A stretch of DNA of 64,000 nucleotides, taken from positions 13,454,001-13,518,000 of the forward strand of contig NC_135256.1 in assembly GCF_964204865.1 (NCBI RefSeq), given 5' to 3'. Both the position numbers and the translations under genes were made by a program. Of the stretch, positions 25,060 to 39,600 are shown one piece after another. Source of the DNA: Styela clava (Eukaryota). Every line of letters starts with the position of its first letter. The stretch's first letter is position 1. The notes beneath the pieces were generated by a model, which saw only the letters and a list, made by a program, of their open reading frames with translations, made no database searches and had not been told where the DNA came from.

Positions 25060-26269
25060 TTTGGTTGGCTAATATTATTTGATAAGGTGTGAAATAATTT
25101 TGATGTTCTAAATAATAAATAATGAATTGAAAGAAATGAGACCAATTAGAAAAAATATGCTGATGAATTAAGATACACAAGATATAATAGTTGTCAGCTA
25201 AATTTAAAGAAATAAACGATTTTGCTCGACTCTCAATGTTAAATTTGGTATTCCGGAAAAGAATAAGCATTACACATTTACCCTGACCAAACACCCTCGC
25301 GCAAGAGAGAAACAGAATCCCGCTATGCGTAGCATGTACGAAGATTGGAGGTATTCTTGTGATCAGCGTGCTGAAATGCACATGCGTATTATGCAAGGAG
25401 GAATACGGTACTTTAAATCGGAATAAAAGTTCATTCCAGTGTTGGGTAGGATTCCCCAAACCCAGATTCAAGTCTCACTGACACTGTTGATGACTATAAC
25501 AGGTGATTCGATTCGGATGAGTCGAGTCAATTTGAATCTTTGATTGAGATTCACGAACGTCAACGACTCAAACCTTCCCAATATCGGTTCATTCTACACA
25601 TATATAACCACATAAAAGAATTAGTGGGTCTGCATCGCTTAAGGATCGAAACCCCCCCTTTCTGAACGTAAACAAAAAGATTTCATCATACATAGCAATT
25701 TTTTGTAGCTTGAAAAGCTTTTAACTGCCTTGAGACTCCTAAAAGCCCAATTATTTTGGCGCAACATCAAATAGTTGTTATGGTTTAACTTGGGAATTAG
25801 AAAACCGCCCTGCTGAAAATTCTTGGCTATGTCTCGGCCTAGCAGTATTGAGCAGTCTCAAGTCATTGACTCACTCACCATTCACCAAAAATTTGAGTTG
25901 TCTAAACGGGATGACTCAGACAAATAAAAATAACTTGGACTCACCTTTGAGAGTAGAAGATACAAAACCTAGAAGTTAAATATTAACCAACAATTATTTC
26001 TAAACACCTGTGATTCAAAGTATTTGTTATATTTGTGCAATCAGTGCGCTCTATATTTTTTCTAACTAAATGTATAAAAGCTTCATTATACAACAGACAC
26101 ATTACATCTAAAAAGAAGATAATGGATACCTAATAGTAGTTTAACAGTAGTTCCTTGTATATATCTGGGTCTGCATAATTAAAGTTGTTTTTGGATTGGA
26201 AGGATGGATAATAAGTGCCCAAAGACGATATTTTAAAGGTATAATCTATGTATTATTACATATTGTGAA

Positions 26270-26665
26270 TAGGGCTGGTCATTTTCGAATACCTGATGAT
26301 TTCAGAATCGAATCGAATATTTTTTTTCGAATCGAATCTCGAATATTTCGGAGATATATAATTGTATGTACCTTTCTTCTTGTATTTGGTCCTCCAGACA
26401 CATAAATTACTAGAAACGTAAAATACATCGCTCTGACAGATTGCTGAGCGATCACACACAATAAAAAATACGTTTTCATCAATAACTCACTACAGAAAAG
26501 AGTCATATGTCAGAATTGCGTTGAAAAAATATGACTTCCATAAAAAAATTGAGAAATATACCTCGACAATTGGCGGAAAGGAAATAAACAAGATGGTGGC
26601 GATTCGAAATTTCGCTCTGAACCGATTCGAATAATTTACTATTCGATTCGAAATGCCCAGCCCTA
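26270..26665. mobile_element. MITE with TAGGGCTG termini and TCGAA(T) subterminal repeats
   Basis: TIRs TAGGGCTGGTCATTTTCGAAT / ATTCGAAATGCCCAGCCCTA; TSD ATTGTGAA at 26262-26269 and 26666-26673. Confidence 0.88.
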
Positions 26666-28167
26666 ATTGTGAATCAAATTTTCTCAACCTTCATCGGTTC
26701 ATAATCCCTCAAAAAGATATACAGTGACTCAATTACCTTCTCTGAACATTGGATTATGAATATACACTCCAGATTATAAATTAAATATTGAAAAGAAAAG
26801 AAAATTTTATTCGCAAAATTTCTTCATATTTTTGTTAGTTGTGTCAACACTAGGTTGAGAAACTTTAGTTCAATATTACAATTTACAATTTTCGAAATTT
26901 TGAACAAAAACGGTATTTCAGCGCTAATTTTCAAATGTTTTACTGATAATACCAACTATCTACTCCTATATAAGAATTACTATCCAAAATCAGAATATAA
27001 TCGAAGAACGCCTCCAATATGAAGACATTAAACATTGTCAAATGGAATATTTATATTCACATTGAACAGTAGAAAAATATAGGATGTGACATTAAAAAAG
27101 CTCTATCATAAACAACACTGAATTGCTGCTGCAATGTCATGCTTAATAACAAGTGCAATATCAGACAATCTAGAGATGCTATTTTAAAATACATTCCAAA
27201 ATAATATTTTTGAATATTAAATATTGAAGATATTCTAAAATGTATCATGTTCAAGAGATAATTTGCACAAAACATTATGAATTCAAAAAAAAAAACGGGA
27301 TTTGGTAATGCAAGATGTTTCATATAAACACTGTTTCGGGTAACAATTTTTTGCAGTAAATCTAAGTCTATTTTCGTCTAATCACCACATTACCAAACAC
27401 CTATTAGAGTAACAAATTTCAGAAATGAAGATATTCCAAATTATTTCTGAAATCAAGAATTAACTATTATCGAAACACCCATTTTTGAAAGTATTCCATT
27501 ATGTGATTCATTATGGACATTCAAGCTTAAAACCTACTTAATTCGGTTCTTTTCAACAAATTTAGCTGCAATATACAAGAGAATACAAAAATAAACTTTA
27601 AACGAGATTGAAGGTATGATTTTCGACTATGGCTCCACAGGAAAAGGAATAATGATGAAACTTAACACTATATGAAAAAATTGCTGACCCAGATCATCCA
27701 GGTATTCATTTAACATAATGATTAAAGACATGCTTCATACCATTGACTATTTCATCTGTTATCATATTTTTGATTAGAAAAACATACGATATTTAGAACA
27801 ATACAATAACCGTACTGTAAGGTGGGTACCAAACTGAAGATGGTTACCACAACATTACCATATCCATCTTCACTCAAATAAATTTATGGAACAAACATAT
27901 CAATATTAAATGGAAATAAATTTTGGGTGATACAATGAACAATTGTTAATTATCCAGACCAAAAAATTATCATTTTAATTACAATTAAAGCTAATCCAAT
28001 ACAATGTGAATAGGTGCATAAATCTATGTAGTCAATTCTATTTAAGTGCAAAGTGTTTTTAAAGCATGCATTATATAGTACATTGTACTAAAAATTAAAT
28101 TGTGACAGATAATTGTCATATGCTGTGCTATAGATGGACCACACCTGTATCAGATGACTGATACTCG

Positions 28168-28170
<3 letters not shown>

Positions 28171-28198
<28 letters not shown>
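28171..28198. repeat. (AT)n microsatellite
   Basis: About 14 AT units seen directly. Confidence 0.9.
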
Positions 28199-29122
28199 CA
28201 TGTTTTTGTAATATAAATTGTATAATGTACATTGTACATAAATATAAAAGTAATATACTTTATTGGACAAGACGTAAGTCTATGTACCATATTGCTTAAT
28301 TGTTATTGTGAAAGAAACTACTTCTTCTTAACTATTTGATCAATTGATTCCAAATTTCCAGTACTTCGAGATGGAAAAAATCAACACATACTTTTACGTT
28401 TATTCATTTTTCAAATTTCCCTAGAGTCCTACGAGCCCGAAATTTTCACCCTAAATTTTGATGGTTTATAAAATGCACGAACACAATTTTATATGACAAT
28501 GCAATTCTTATAAAAAAGTGACTGAAATTTTGTTGACAATAGTATTGTTCTGTTGTCTTAAAACAGTTTGTTACAAACCATAAGACAGACCATTTATAAC
28601 AATTTTGAAGGGTATTAGTATGAAAATATACTTCTTTTTCAAGTCGTTTCTTAAAAAAAAAAGAATTCGAATTGCTGAAACCATGCATTCTGTCTTGACA
28701 ATTCGCTTCATATAAGGATAAAATATAAATGTATGAAGTATGTAGTATGAATGTACAATTTGAATTCAATAAACAACACTTCCTTTATCCAATTTGAAAA
28801 ATTGTAACAAAGCAGCATATTCAATAAATTGAACAGTAATAGAAAACTACAAGGTTACCCATAAAAACAGAACATATATAAATTTCTCAATTACTTCTAT
28901 AAATATATAGAAAATATATTTCACACTATTCTTCAGTTTGTGTATCATTGTACAGAGAAGTTTTAGTCATCGTGAATGCTTTGCACAAAAGTTATGTTCC
29001 CTCTAGAATATGTTACAAATAACCTGGGTTCTGTTTTTTTGGGTGTCAGTCACCCTGTATTAAATTAAAAATCCAAAATTAATTTTATAAAGTATACTGA
29101 TATATTTTCTACAATTCAACAA

Positions 29123-32100
29123 TCAGTCTTGTTGTGGTGATGTACTTCCACTCATTGTACTGTTTTCTGATGAGCTGAAAAATAAAATATTACAGTTTAA
29201 TAGTAATTATTAGGATCCCAGAAGTATTGAAAAGATTAAACATGATAAATTTTGAGCTGTTATCACTACATTTACAACATTTTTCAATAGTTTTTTCTTG
29301 CGTCAATTGCATCAAATTTGGTTTAGAATGTGATAATACAACATGTGAAGCGAAAATTTCAAAATACGGATAGTTTATAGTTTTTCCAAATTAAACACAA
29401 GCGTAACACACATTTTACTTTTATTTTATTTGAATCCTATAAAACTCAAACTGTGTGTTGCAAGAGTATATTTTCTGCTCTGACAGTAATCGAAAAAAAA
29501 ATGATGAGAACGACCTTTTTAAATCAACAACGCAATACAGGTGTTGATTAGCAACAGCAAAAGCTTATTTCAAAATTACTCTCAAAACAGGCACATTCAT
29601 CACAATGAGAATGAGAAGAATAAATGATTTGAGGAACGTTGTTGTGTGTTCTGCGTTTTTATATTTATATTTATATCAAAGAAGATCAAAGTTGGAATGC
29701 TCAATAACACCTCACCATGATACATGAACATTTAAATCCAAAGTAGACGATTAGACAAATTATATTTTTATTATTTTACCTTGTTTTGTACATTCTTGTT
29801 GAATGCTCAGCATGTCTCGGAGAATTACCTTGTTGAATGAGGAAAGATAGTTATGTTAATTCCGCAAAAGTGTGGAGAATAAATTAATAACAGGACTGAT
29901 ATAACTGTTGATGAATCTTCTGTGGCTACAATAGTTATTAAGATTTAACCAGAGAATAATAAATCCTAATGCTACATGTAAAATAATTTACAACAATCTA
30001 AATATCAAAGATAGGATTTAGATTTTATTATTATATTTCAAGTGAATTTGCATGTTTGTCATGCTGACCCACACAGAGAAAATATAGTCTCTTCCAATAA
30101 GCAAAGTTACGAGATAGTACCGAAATTCCAACAGCAACTTAAATTTAGTGCATGACAGAATAGGTCTAATAAAGTTGAAATTCAGATAAATGGGACTTGA
30201 CATTTCTTACTATATAACAAAACTTCCCAGTAAGGTCTTGATTTTTCTCAAATTCTTCCAAAACCTAATTTCAGAATGCTGTACTATTCAGTTAAGGACA
30301 TTTCCCAGCAATAAAACCTTACCTGCATTACGAAGACTGTTCGAGTCAGAGCCATTAAGAAGTATAGGCAAAGCTTCATCAATTGAATTAACAACATAAT
30401 GTGCATCCTTAAGATCAGATTTTTCCACTTGTCCAGATAAAACACCAATTACTGTTCCACAATTACTATCTCTTCCCATGACTGTGTCAAAATGAGTATC
30501 ACCTATACCAAAAATCGAACTCAGAATATGCCAGAATACATTAGATTTAATTTGAATAGGAATTAGTTAATAGAGGTGATACAAATATTGATTATGACAA
30601 GGTGGTCCAAGGCTGCGAGGTTGAAGGGCCACAAAAACGTTTGAGGAGGTCTCGGGGGGCTGCAGTCGGAGAAAACCCAAAAGAGATCAAAACTTCGTGA
30701 GTTTACTCACTTTAAATATATTTAAGAATGAGAGTTTATCGTTCTAAAATCAGTTTTTTAAGGAAACTATATGAATGACCTTATAAATTTAATTACCATA
30801 GATATTGAACTTCGGGTGTCGTTGCTCGATATCCAGTTTTGGTTCATTGTGGGTTCCCTTACCAGTAAAAATGTGTGTTGAATTTGTTTTATTTTTTTTC
30901 AATTTCAAACTTCACAATGACAATGTAGGCAATATGACAACAGCTAAACCATTCTCTTCAACCAATAGCCATCATGCCAAAACCTACCTATCATAACAGT
31001 ATCCTCAACTTTAACATCAAGATCTTCACAAATCATACGAATATTATCGGGTGCAGGTTTTGGAGTGTTATCAGCATCATCACCACAAACCAATCTATCA
31101 ATCACGTCAGCAACGCCAAGAGCTTCCAAACTGAGTTCAGCACCAATTCTTGAATCAGCTGTACACACAGCTATTTTGATATCGTTTTCCCTGTGAAAGA
31201 ATTACATGAAAATGGAATCAATTGTAAATCTTTACATATTGTAATAATTAACAACTCTGTTAGTGAAATACTGGCAACTTGTCTTGAACTTGTGTTCAGA
31301 ATAAATTTGTTTGATTCGAGGGATTTATACCTATATTGGTTCTCTATCTTCTTTGTCAGGGGTGGCCAATATGTCGATCGTGTTCATATCGCCATATCTG
31401 GAGTGCTCAAGCGTATCTGATTTTGAATGAAAATAACAACATGCTCAAAAATTGTCTTCAACAAGTATTTGTACTGTGCGACAGTAGCTGTGACACCAGA
31501 TTGTCCTTTTCAATATTAATTTTTTATTGATTCTAAACAAGCCAAGATTTGGTAGTATTCATTCATTTTTGTAAGTGACTTTACTATCGATCAGTCAATC
31601 GCAAGTTTATGAAGATTTTAGTCGAGCTTGGTTGAAGATGGGTTAGCCACCTCTGTTTTGTATCAACAAAATTTAAAATATTTAGTTCGAATAATATTCG
31701 GTACTCAAGCAATTAGTGATATTGAATAATTCCAATACAGGAACAAAATTATCCTCTACATCGGGGCTCTTCTAACCGATGGTACCGACCCCCAGTGGGT
31801 CCCGAAGGGGCAGGAAATTCTTTTTCGACACTAACTTATGTTTAAAACCAAATATCAATCAAATTTGGAACAAGCACTGAGACCCACTATCACCAAAATA
31901 GAGCCAAGACTTTATCTTTTGTGCTGGAATATGCAAGCACATCGGTTTTATTGAAGGTAGTATCAATTTTATTATTCTTTTTTTTAATATTCTCTGTATT
32001 TCCCGTTTTTATTTATTTTTATTATTGTTTTATTATTTCAGTTTGTAGAGGGTCGCGAAAAAATTTGCCCGTGCCAAGTGGGTCACGATGAAAAAAGATT

Positions 32101-34063
32101 GAAGAACAATGCTCCAGAGGAATTTACTAATAAATAATAACCATGTGAATATGAACAAAATTAACCCAAATAAGTTTTCTAATACAAATTGGCACAAAGC
32201 TAAGAGATAATAAGTCGCAATCATCTGAATCCTGTGGCCAAAAGATGGTACTTCATTAATCAATCTTTTCTGTTCCGTTTTTTTGGTGGTTTCTTGCTCT
32301 TGGTATTTCATATCATCACCCCTATCTAATAAAAGTAAAACAAATTGAACTTTTCCATTTACTTCAAAGTCCTGAATACTGATTGAACATCTCCCAACGG
32401 TTTGACAGTGAGAGTATGACATTTGTCAGTGGAATCAAATGAATCAACCCAGGCATGAGAAATGAGTGATTTTGCTTCATCTATATCTATTCCATGTTGT
32501 CCAGCCTGTAAACAGTTATTCAAATATTAGTTGTTAATCCATGAACGTGACTTGATAACCTATTTGAATATATAGTAGTGTTTGATAAATTCTTATCCAC
32601 CGAAGTCCTTCAATCATGGTTAGGTTTGAATTTTGCTTGGATGAAAAATTCCATCGAAGAAAATGTTTCAACTTTTCGATTTACCTTCCTAAGGGAGGAA
32701 TTTTCTCATCATTGCAAAAACAAACATATTCAGTAAAAATTGAGTTTTCTATTTTACTGGTTTGAATTATCAAAAAGTTGTCAGAATAACGATTAAAAGA
32801 TAATGACGAGATAGCAATCAGAGACCGCCGACTTATCGATCTAGTGGGGTGTATCGTTTGCTCTGACTCAATAGCGACACAGGTGTCCCATCACTAATTA
32901 ATTAATAACCCGCTAATTATACGACATAGTTCATCCAAAATCAATAGACTTCTGGTCCTAGATATGATGAATGCACATACAAAATTTGGAGCAGATTCAA
33001 CCTCGCTTTGGTGAGATATTGCGTGTATCTTATTGACAGACAAACAGACAAATACCTATCAACATACTTACCGATCAAGTTCGATAAGTAATAAAATATC
33101 ACAATTTACTGATAAAAAGTCTACAGTCGGCATACTCACTAAAACGTCGACCAATCCTTCTTTCAATTCTCCATGTGTATCATGAGCCAATATACTTCGA
33201 CCAAATCTTTGTGTCGTCTTATCATAGTTAAAATATTCAAAAAGATCTTCTGAGAGTTTCTTCCCAGAGGCGTTTTCTAATCTGTGAATACGCAATCGTG
33301 TCGTTTGTCCAAAACAAAATAATTTCAACCCTTATTTTTATATTTTAACGAACCTTGATGCTGTAGCCTCACACCACGGGGCCCACATTGAGTTAAAACA
33401 TGTGAGAGTCCCATCTTTATCAAATATAACAAGCTTACATTGAGACTTTTTTAATGAAGTTGACGAATAACGAACGATTGCTGATGGGGAAAACTGTTTA
33501 CTGAAAAAATATAAAAAACAATTACAGAGGTCAATTTATTTGTATTCTATTGGTGCGTTGTTCCCCAATAGCGGAGGAATTTGATTAGAACAATTGTTGT
33601 TTTGGGGAAAGAAATAGATAAATATTGCTTTGCATTTAGTGTAGTTTTACTAAAATCCTTCAGCTACTCAGCATTATTGTAATACATATTAGTACACACA
33701 TTATAGACAATTTGAATCATGCAAAAGTCGGAGTTCGATTTGTGCATAGCACGAGCTTTAGATTATTTAAAAATTGATTAAAATATGGAATTATTCACAG
33801 TACAGAAGAAATAAAGAGACCCAAAATAGGCAACGAAAGTAATCATACATCGAAAAAGGTTGTGAACCACTGAATTTGTGGTTGTGCGTGACAACTGACA
33901 AGGAAACCAAGCATAAAAACGGTTGTAAACCACTACGCTAGAAAGCCTTTATTCAAATAATAATGTCCTTATTTACAATTTTATAAAACAACTAGAATAC
34001 TCACTTAACATTTGCAATCAACTTCTGTGATTGGGGAAGCAATTTTCGTAATGAAGTATTCAT
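29123..34063 (-). CDS. HAD-superfamily (subfamily IA, PGPase-like) phosphatase HAD-B; exons about 34063-34005, 33500-33354, 33281-33140, 32505-32363, 31190-30988, 30502-30323, then an uncertain 3' end (29925-29829 and/or 29174 onward)
   Basis: [41 protein letters not shown] (motif I)..KIAVCTADS (II)..NTPKPAPD (III)..IGDTHFD (IV). All introns are GT-AG and in phase. The stop depends on splicing: 29152 or 29123, or 30288 if the last donor is read through. Confidence 0.88.
32807..33092 (+). mobile_element. DINE-1/Helentron-like non-autonomous element; second copy at about 34563-34850
   Basis: Two close copies with subterminal inverted repeat GACTTATCGATC, (CAGA/CAAA) microsatellite and 3' hairpin ACTTATCGATC-AA-GATCGATAAGT. 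Confidence 0.7.
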
Positions 34064-34377
34064 GATATAAAAATATTTACAAAAATTACCTAATTAGAAA
34101 CGAGCCTAAATATATCTGTAAATATAATATTAAATTATTGCAGATGCATCACAATTGCTATATTGCATTACTCTAAACAAGAATAAAAATACACTAAATA
34201 TAAAATAAGTTTGAATAAATATGGGTTTGGCTGCCTAGGATATAATTTAACATTGTTTGTGATAGTATAGTCCAGGGTTTCTCTGACTGGGCCCCTGAGG
34301 GGCCAAAGAGAGGTTCTCTAGGGGCCATGAGAAAAGGCCTTCACTAGGTATCATTCACTATGACCAGTGTTTTAAAG

Positions 34378-34924
34378 CAGTGGTTCCCAAAGTTGATTGA
34401 CCGGGGTTGATTGCCCAAATTAGAAGCAGAAGGATATTCGCGGCCCAGGAGAAGGGTGTATAATTGTGATACCGGTGTAAATGATTTGATATGAATATAC
34501 ACATGCTAAAACTGTGATGACGTAACAATTGGTGGTATCAAGAACTCAAAAAGAAAAAAAACACGAGATAGCGATCAGAGACCGCCGACTTATCAATCTA
34601 GTGGCGTGTATCCTTCGATTTGACTCAATAGCGACACCACGTGTCCCATCATTAATTGATTAATAACTCGCTAATAATACAACATAATTCATCCAAAATC
34701 AATAGGCTTCTGGTCCAAGATATGATGAATGCACATGCAAAATTTGGAGCAGATTCAACCTCGCCTTCTTGAGATATCGCGTGTATCTAACAGACAGACA
34801 AACAGACAAATACCTATCAACATACTTATCGATCAAGATCGATAAGTAATAGTGTTAAAATATTTCACCTAGGTTCGATGGACCATATTAAATCGTTATG
34901 CATGCCTTGGTTTGGGAACCACTG
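34378..34924. mobile_element. hAT-type MITE containing the DINE-like element, itself nested in an older MITE (about 34273-35121)
   Basis: TIRs CAGTGGTTCCCAAA / TTTGGGAACCACTG; TSD (T/A)TTTAAAG. Confidence 0.8.
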
Positions 34925-36614
34925 ATTTAAAGTGAATCAAATATGATGACTGTGATACATTAGGTAATTCTTTTTCTTTCGCTTACTGGATATTATTATT
35001 TAATGTGATGGAAACACCAGAGAAATGGGAAAGCAAAAGTATTTTCATGGAAGAGCAGGGAGCCACAAGTGTTGAGTCCATGGAAAATGGGCTCATCATG
35101 AAAGCTTATTAAGAACCACTGGTCTGGTAACACTTGATCATAAAAATTATCTTCCCATGAATGGATTGTTGAAATTTCAGCCAATGTGTAAAATACGAAC
35201 AGCACTTGTATTTTCAGTTATAAATTTATGACAAAAATCGTAAATTTCCGAAAATGAAGACTTCAAAAAGCTGCATGGAAGAATTATGGAAATGGTACAA
35301 AAACTACAATACAAAATTTTGTTGGCCTTTCATGTTTTAGTGCATTAAAGTTTTAATAAGTATCAAATGAAAAGTAGTAGGGTTACAATGAAATTATCTA
35401 CTAAATTAGTATCTCATTTGATAATGCTGAATATACTAATGAAAATGAGCAAGCGCACAAAGATAATACTTATTTAAAACAATGATTACCAATACTTATT
35501 TAATAAACATAATAATAATCAATGTGCTCAAATCAACATAAAAAGCTAAGTCAGTCTCTGATTAACGATATAAAACGAACAAATTGCATAATTTGTTAAG
35601 AAAAATTTTCAATGTTTGATTTCATGACATTGTGATAATACATGGAGGATATATAGAGCTAGGCTTCCCAAACTGGGGGTCGCGCAATGAATTTTAGGGG
35701 TTGCAAAGAATACATCAATTTCAAACAAAGTATCATACATATTGTACTCTTTCAGAGTTTTGATTTGAAACACAATTATTAAAACTAGTTCAGAAGATCA
35801 ATCTCACGATTTTGAGAGAATACAATTAGGATCAGAGACTTGACAAGGGTCGCGGGAAATTTTAATATATTGGAAAAGGTTTAGGCAATCAAAAACAATT
35901 TATTTTGCCAAAGTTTGAAATTTTTATTAAAAAAACTGCAAGACATGGCGTGCTAGGGACACTTCGATATATGTATAAGGAAAGGTAATAAAAAAAAAAA
36001 CGATGAAATAATATAATTGGTATGGTTATGTTATGTATTACCTCACCTTAAACATGCGTAGCAGCCAGTTATCACACTGAAAGATTATCCAGAATACCAA
36101 ACATTTATTTTTGCCAGTTACCGGTAAATCTTATCTAACACCAGTAGGTATCAAATTTATTAAACAAACAGTTGACATAGCAAATAAGTAAATACATGAA
36201 CAAAACAAAATTATCACCATTGGCTATATAAATTATCGAATATACATTGTACACGGAGCAACTAGAAATACCATTGTACCAACCAACATTTTCTATTACT
36301 TTCTGATGATATTACAATCAACCTGCAAGAAAGAAAAATTGTTAAAAAAACATTATTTTAAAAATCATTTCAACATATGGATTGACAGATTGAGGACTAC
36401 AAGTTGGACTTTAAAAATTTGTAATTATTTTTATATTTGTTTTATGAACGTTTATAAAGTTTGAATTTGTATTAGTAAACTTAATCTCCAAGATTAGATT
36501 CAAATTTCTGAGCCTGCTTTTGCATTTTTTTCAATCTTTCAGATAGTAAAATCTTATATTTATTCATTCAAAAATACTCGCATATACAACATACACATCC
36601 ATACAAGCATTGCT

Positions 36615-39600
36615 CTATTTGGCAGAGTTTTTTAGAAGAATAGGCAGAGCTTCATCAATTGAATTAACAACATAATGTGCATCATCAAGCTCAGATTCAT
36701 CAACTTGTCCTGTCAAAACCCCAATCACTGTTCCGCATTTACTATCCCTGCCCATGACGGTATCGAAATGAGTATCACCTAAAAAAGAACAATTGTTGGG
36801 GTGAGAGTCAAATTACCCCATATCCAAAACTGGTGAATTTATCACCAGTCGAGAACCCAACTAACTAGACTAACGTAGAAACGAGACAAATATAAAAAAA
36901 AATTTTTTTAAATTAGTCTTCAAATATTTATAGAATAAAGTCTGTTAGTGTGTGAAATTTTTGTATCTCAGATATGAATAATATTTTCAGATTTTCATTA
37001 GAAGATTTTACAACATGCCAGGTCACAGTAAAAAAACATAGGAAAATAACTATTACATGCAAGTACTTCTAAATGAACACAACAATATTTCTTCCAAAAA
37101 GTCCTTCCAACACCAATTACGGGTACTAATAATGTCTAAATGTCTTTTTGCAAGTTGAAACATAGCATCATTTGAAACAAAAAGATGAATTATTTCATAA
37201 AAAAGCTCAAATGTATTTTACCTATCATAACAGCATCTTCCACTTTAACATCAAGATCTTTACAAATCATATGAACATTATCGGGTGCGGGTTTTGGAGT
37301 GTTATCAGGATCATCACCACAAACCAATCTATCTACTATATCAGCAACACCAAGCGATTTCAAAGCTAATTTTGCGCTCGGTCTTGTGTCAGAAGTACAT
37401 ACAGCTACTTTAATGCCATACTCTCTGTTAAAAAAATATTCAGCTTATCCATATGGCGAACCACGGCCTCTCGTCCGGTTACCATTAAGATAATACAATA
37501 GGCTTTGTTATTCTGAACTTTCAGAACTTGGTCTTCCAAAAAAGGTTTGAGTCATCAAACTCCATTAGCTGTGAGCTCTCACAGTTAACAGTCAATGTAT
37601 CTACCAGACAAAAAAAATGTTATGCCTAATTTTTTTCGAAGAACCTCAGTTATGCAAATTCACTACACCACTGTTTTTTTTCAAACCATATTGACATAAA
37701 ATGATTTAAGTCTCCCTTTAATCTGTATTTACTAATGCACTATCTACGTGATTTTTCATAATCTCAGAAGCTCTTGGAAGTTTAGTTGTTTCCCGCAACT
37801 TTACTCACTCAGAGATCAGATTTCTATGTTTCTGAGTGAGTAGGTGTAACCTTGCATTGAGAAATTCTTGTTACAAGATTTTTAAAAAACATATCAAGCA
37901 TTTTTTTATACTGAGTTACTGACCCTTTTATATCCAAAGATAGAAACTGTATCAACTGTAAAGCAATTAAGGATATCCTAAATTTCAAATACAGGAAGTA
38001 TAAATGAATAACAAGTCGAGTGATTAATTTTTTTGACCATGAAACTTGGTAGAAACAGTTGCATCAAGTATGACCGAAACCATAAATGGCGTTTACTATT
38101 CTTAATATAATATAATCTAAATTATTAGGTTTTCTTCAACCGAAATTTTACAAAGTCATTATGAATTTATAGAGCTTATATTTAGTAAAAGAGATAATTG
38201 ATTTTATACAGTATCAAAATAAAAAAAAAGGTTGTTTTCATCAGATGTGGAATGAATATAACAATAAATTTAAATGTGAAAATATTCTAATTTCTTCCAA
38301 AAAATATTTACTTTATTTAATGTAACCAATTTCGAATATATTGGTTCAGATAGTCCTGTTTTCAAGTTCAATAAAAATACAAATACTTTACTTTAAAGTT
38401 TGAAATATTGTTCGAACATCTCCTAATGGTTTGACAGCATTGGTATGGGAATCCCCGGTAGAGAATGTATCCGTCCAAGCATAAGAAATGAATGAGTTTG
38501 CATCATCAAGATTTATTCCATGTTGTTTATTCTAAAAATAAATTGCTAGAAAATAAGGTTTAGTAATTTTGGTAGTTTTCTTTGATAATTCTTAATGATA
38601 ACATTGTGCTTAGGCCTTAGAATAGGATTTCAATGATATTGGGCACAATTTAAATTTTTTTAATTGTTAAAATTGATCGTGCACCTTATAAGATGTGTGG
38701 ATCATGTAGTGCTTTATGCTTAATTGCCTATATTCAAAATGTGCCTACCGGTATGTGCCTTATGTATGAAAACAAACACAATCTAAGCAATTTATTGACA
38801 GTGCACCTTATTTATGGGTCGTAAAATATGGTAGGCCTATATTATACTCTCTCAAATGAATTCTTTAAATAAAAACATGAAGTTAGAAACAACTCGAATA
38901 CTCACAAGAATTTCAGCTAATTGATCTTTCAATACAGCATTTGTGTCGTGTGCTAATTTACTTCGACCAAATTTTTGAGATTTCTTGTCATAGTTAACAA
39001 AATCATAAAAAACATCAGATAGTGTCTTTCCAGAAGCTTTTTCTAATCTACAAATAGACAACAAGAATAGGGATTCCAAAGGTCAGCTTTGTGTCCAATC
39101 AGTAACTTGGAGTGAATGGAATACCAAAGTACAGTATATACAAAACATAATATCTTTAGTAATAACATGAAAAAACATGGAAGCAATGCCTAATTGAAAT
39201 AACTGAAATTGAAAGAAATAAAATAAAGGCAATAAATAGCCTCCTTCAGCCTTTAATTACTGAAAGTTGAAAATTGAATTGACGACTAGAACCTTGATAA
39301 CAACAACAACAAAATATTTAGCAAAATGATTCAATTTCAATGAGGATTTAGATATTTATCCCAGGGGAGAGGAATGCCAATAAAATGTCTTAATCATATG
39401 GCGAACAGCCTCTCGTCCGGTTACCAGTCTATGTCGGGTACAAGCAGTCTATGTCGGGTATGGGATTAATTAGCCAGTTATTAGTTTTGAATCCATGGAC
39501 CTAATAACTCTTGCAGCATAAGCTGCAATCTAAAAAGATATGTAGCCAATATTTATTTGCTGATGTACAAAGAATATACCTTTCAGCAGTTTCTTCACAC

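Noticed and set aside
33354-36778. HAD-A and HAD-B as one two-domain protein
   Set aside because: HAD-A has an in-frame TAG at 36615-36617 and HAD-B has its own ATG and presequence-like exon.
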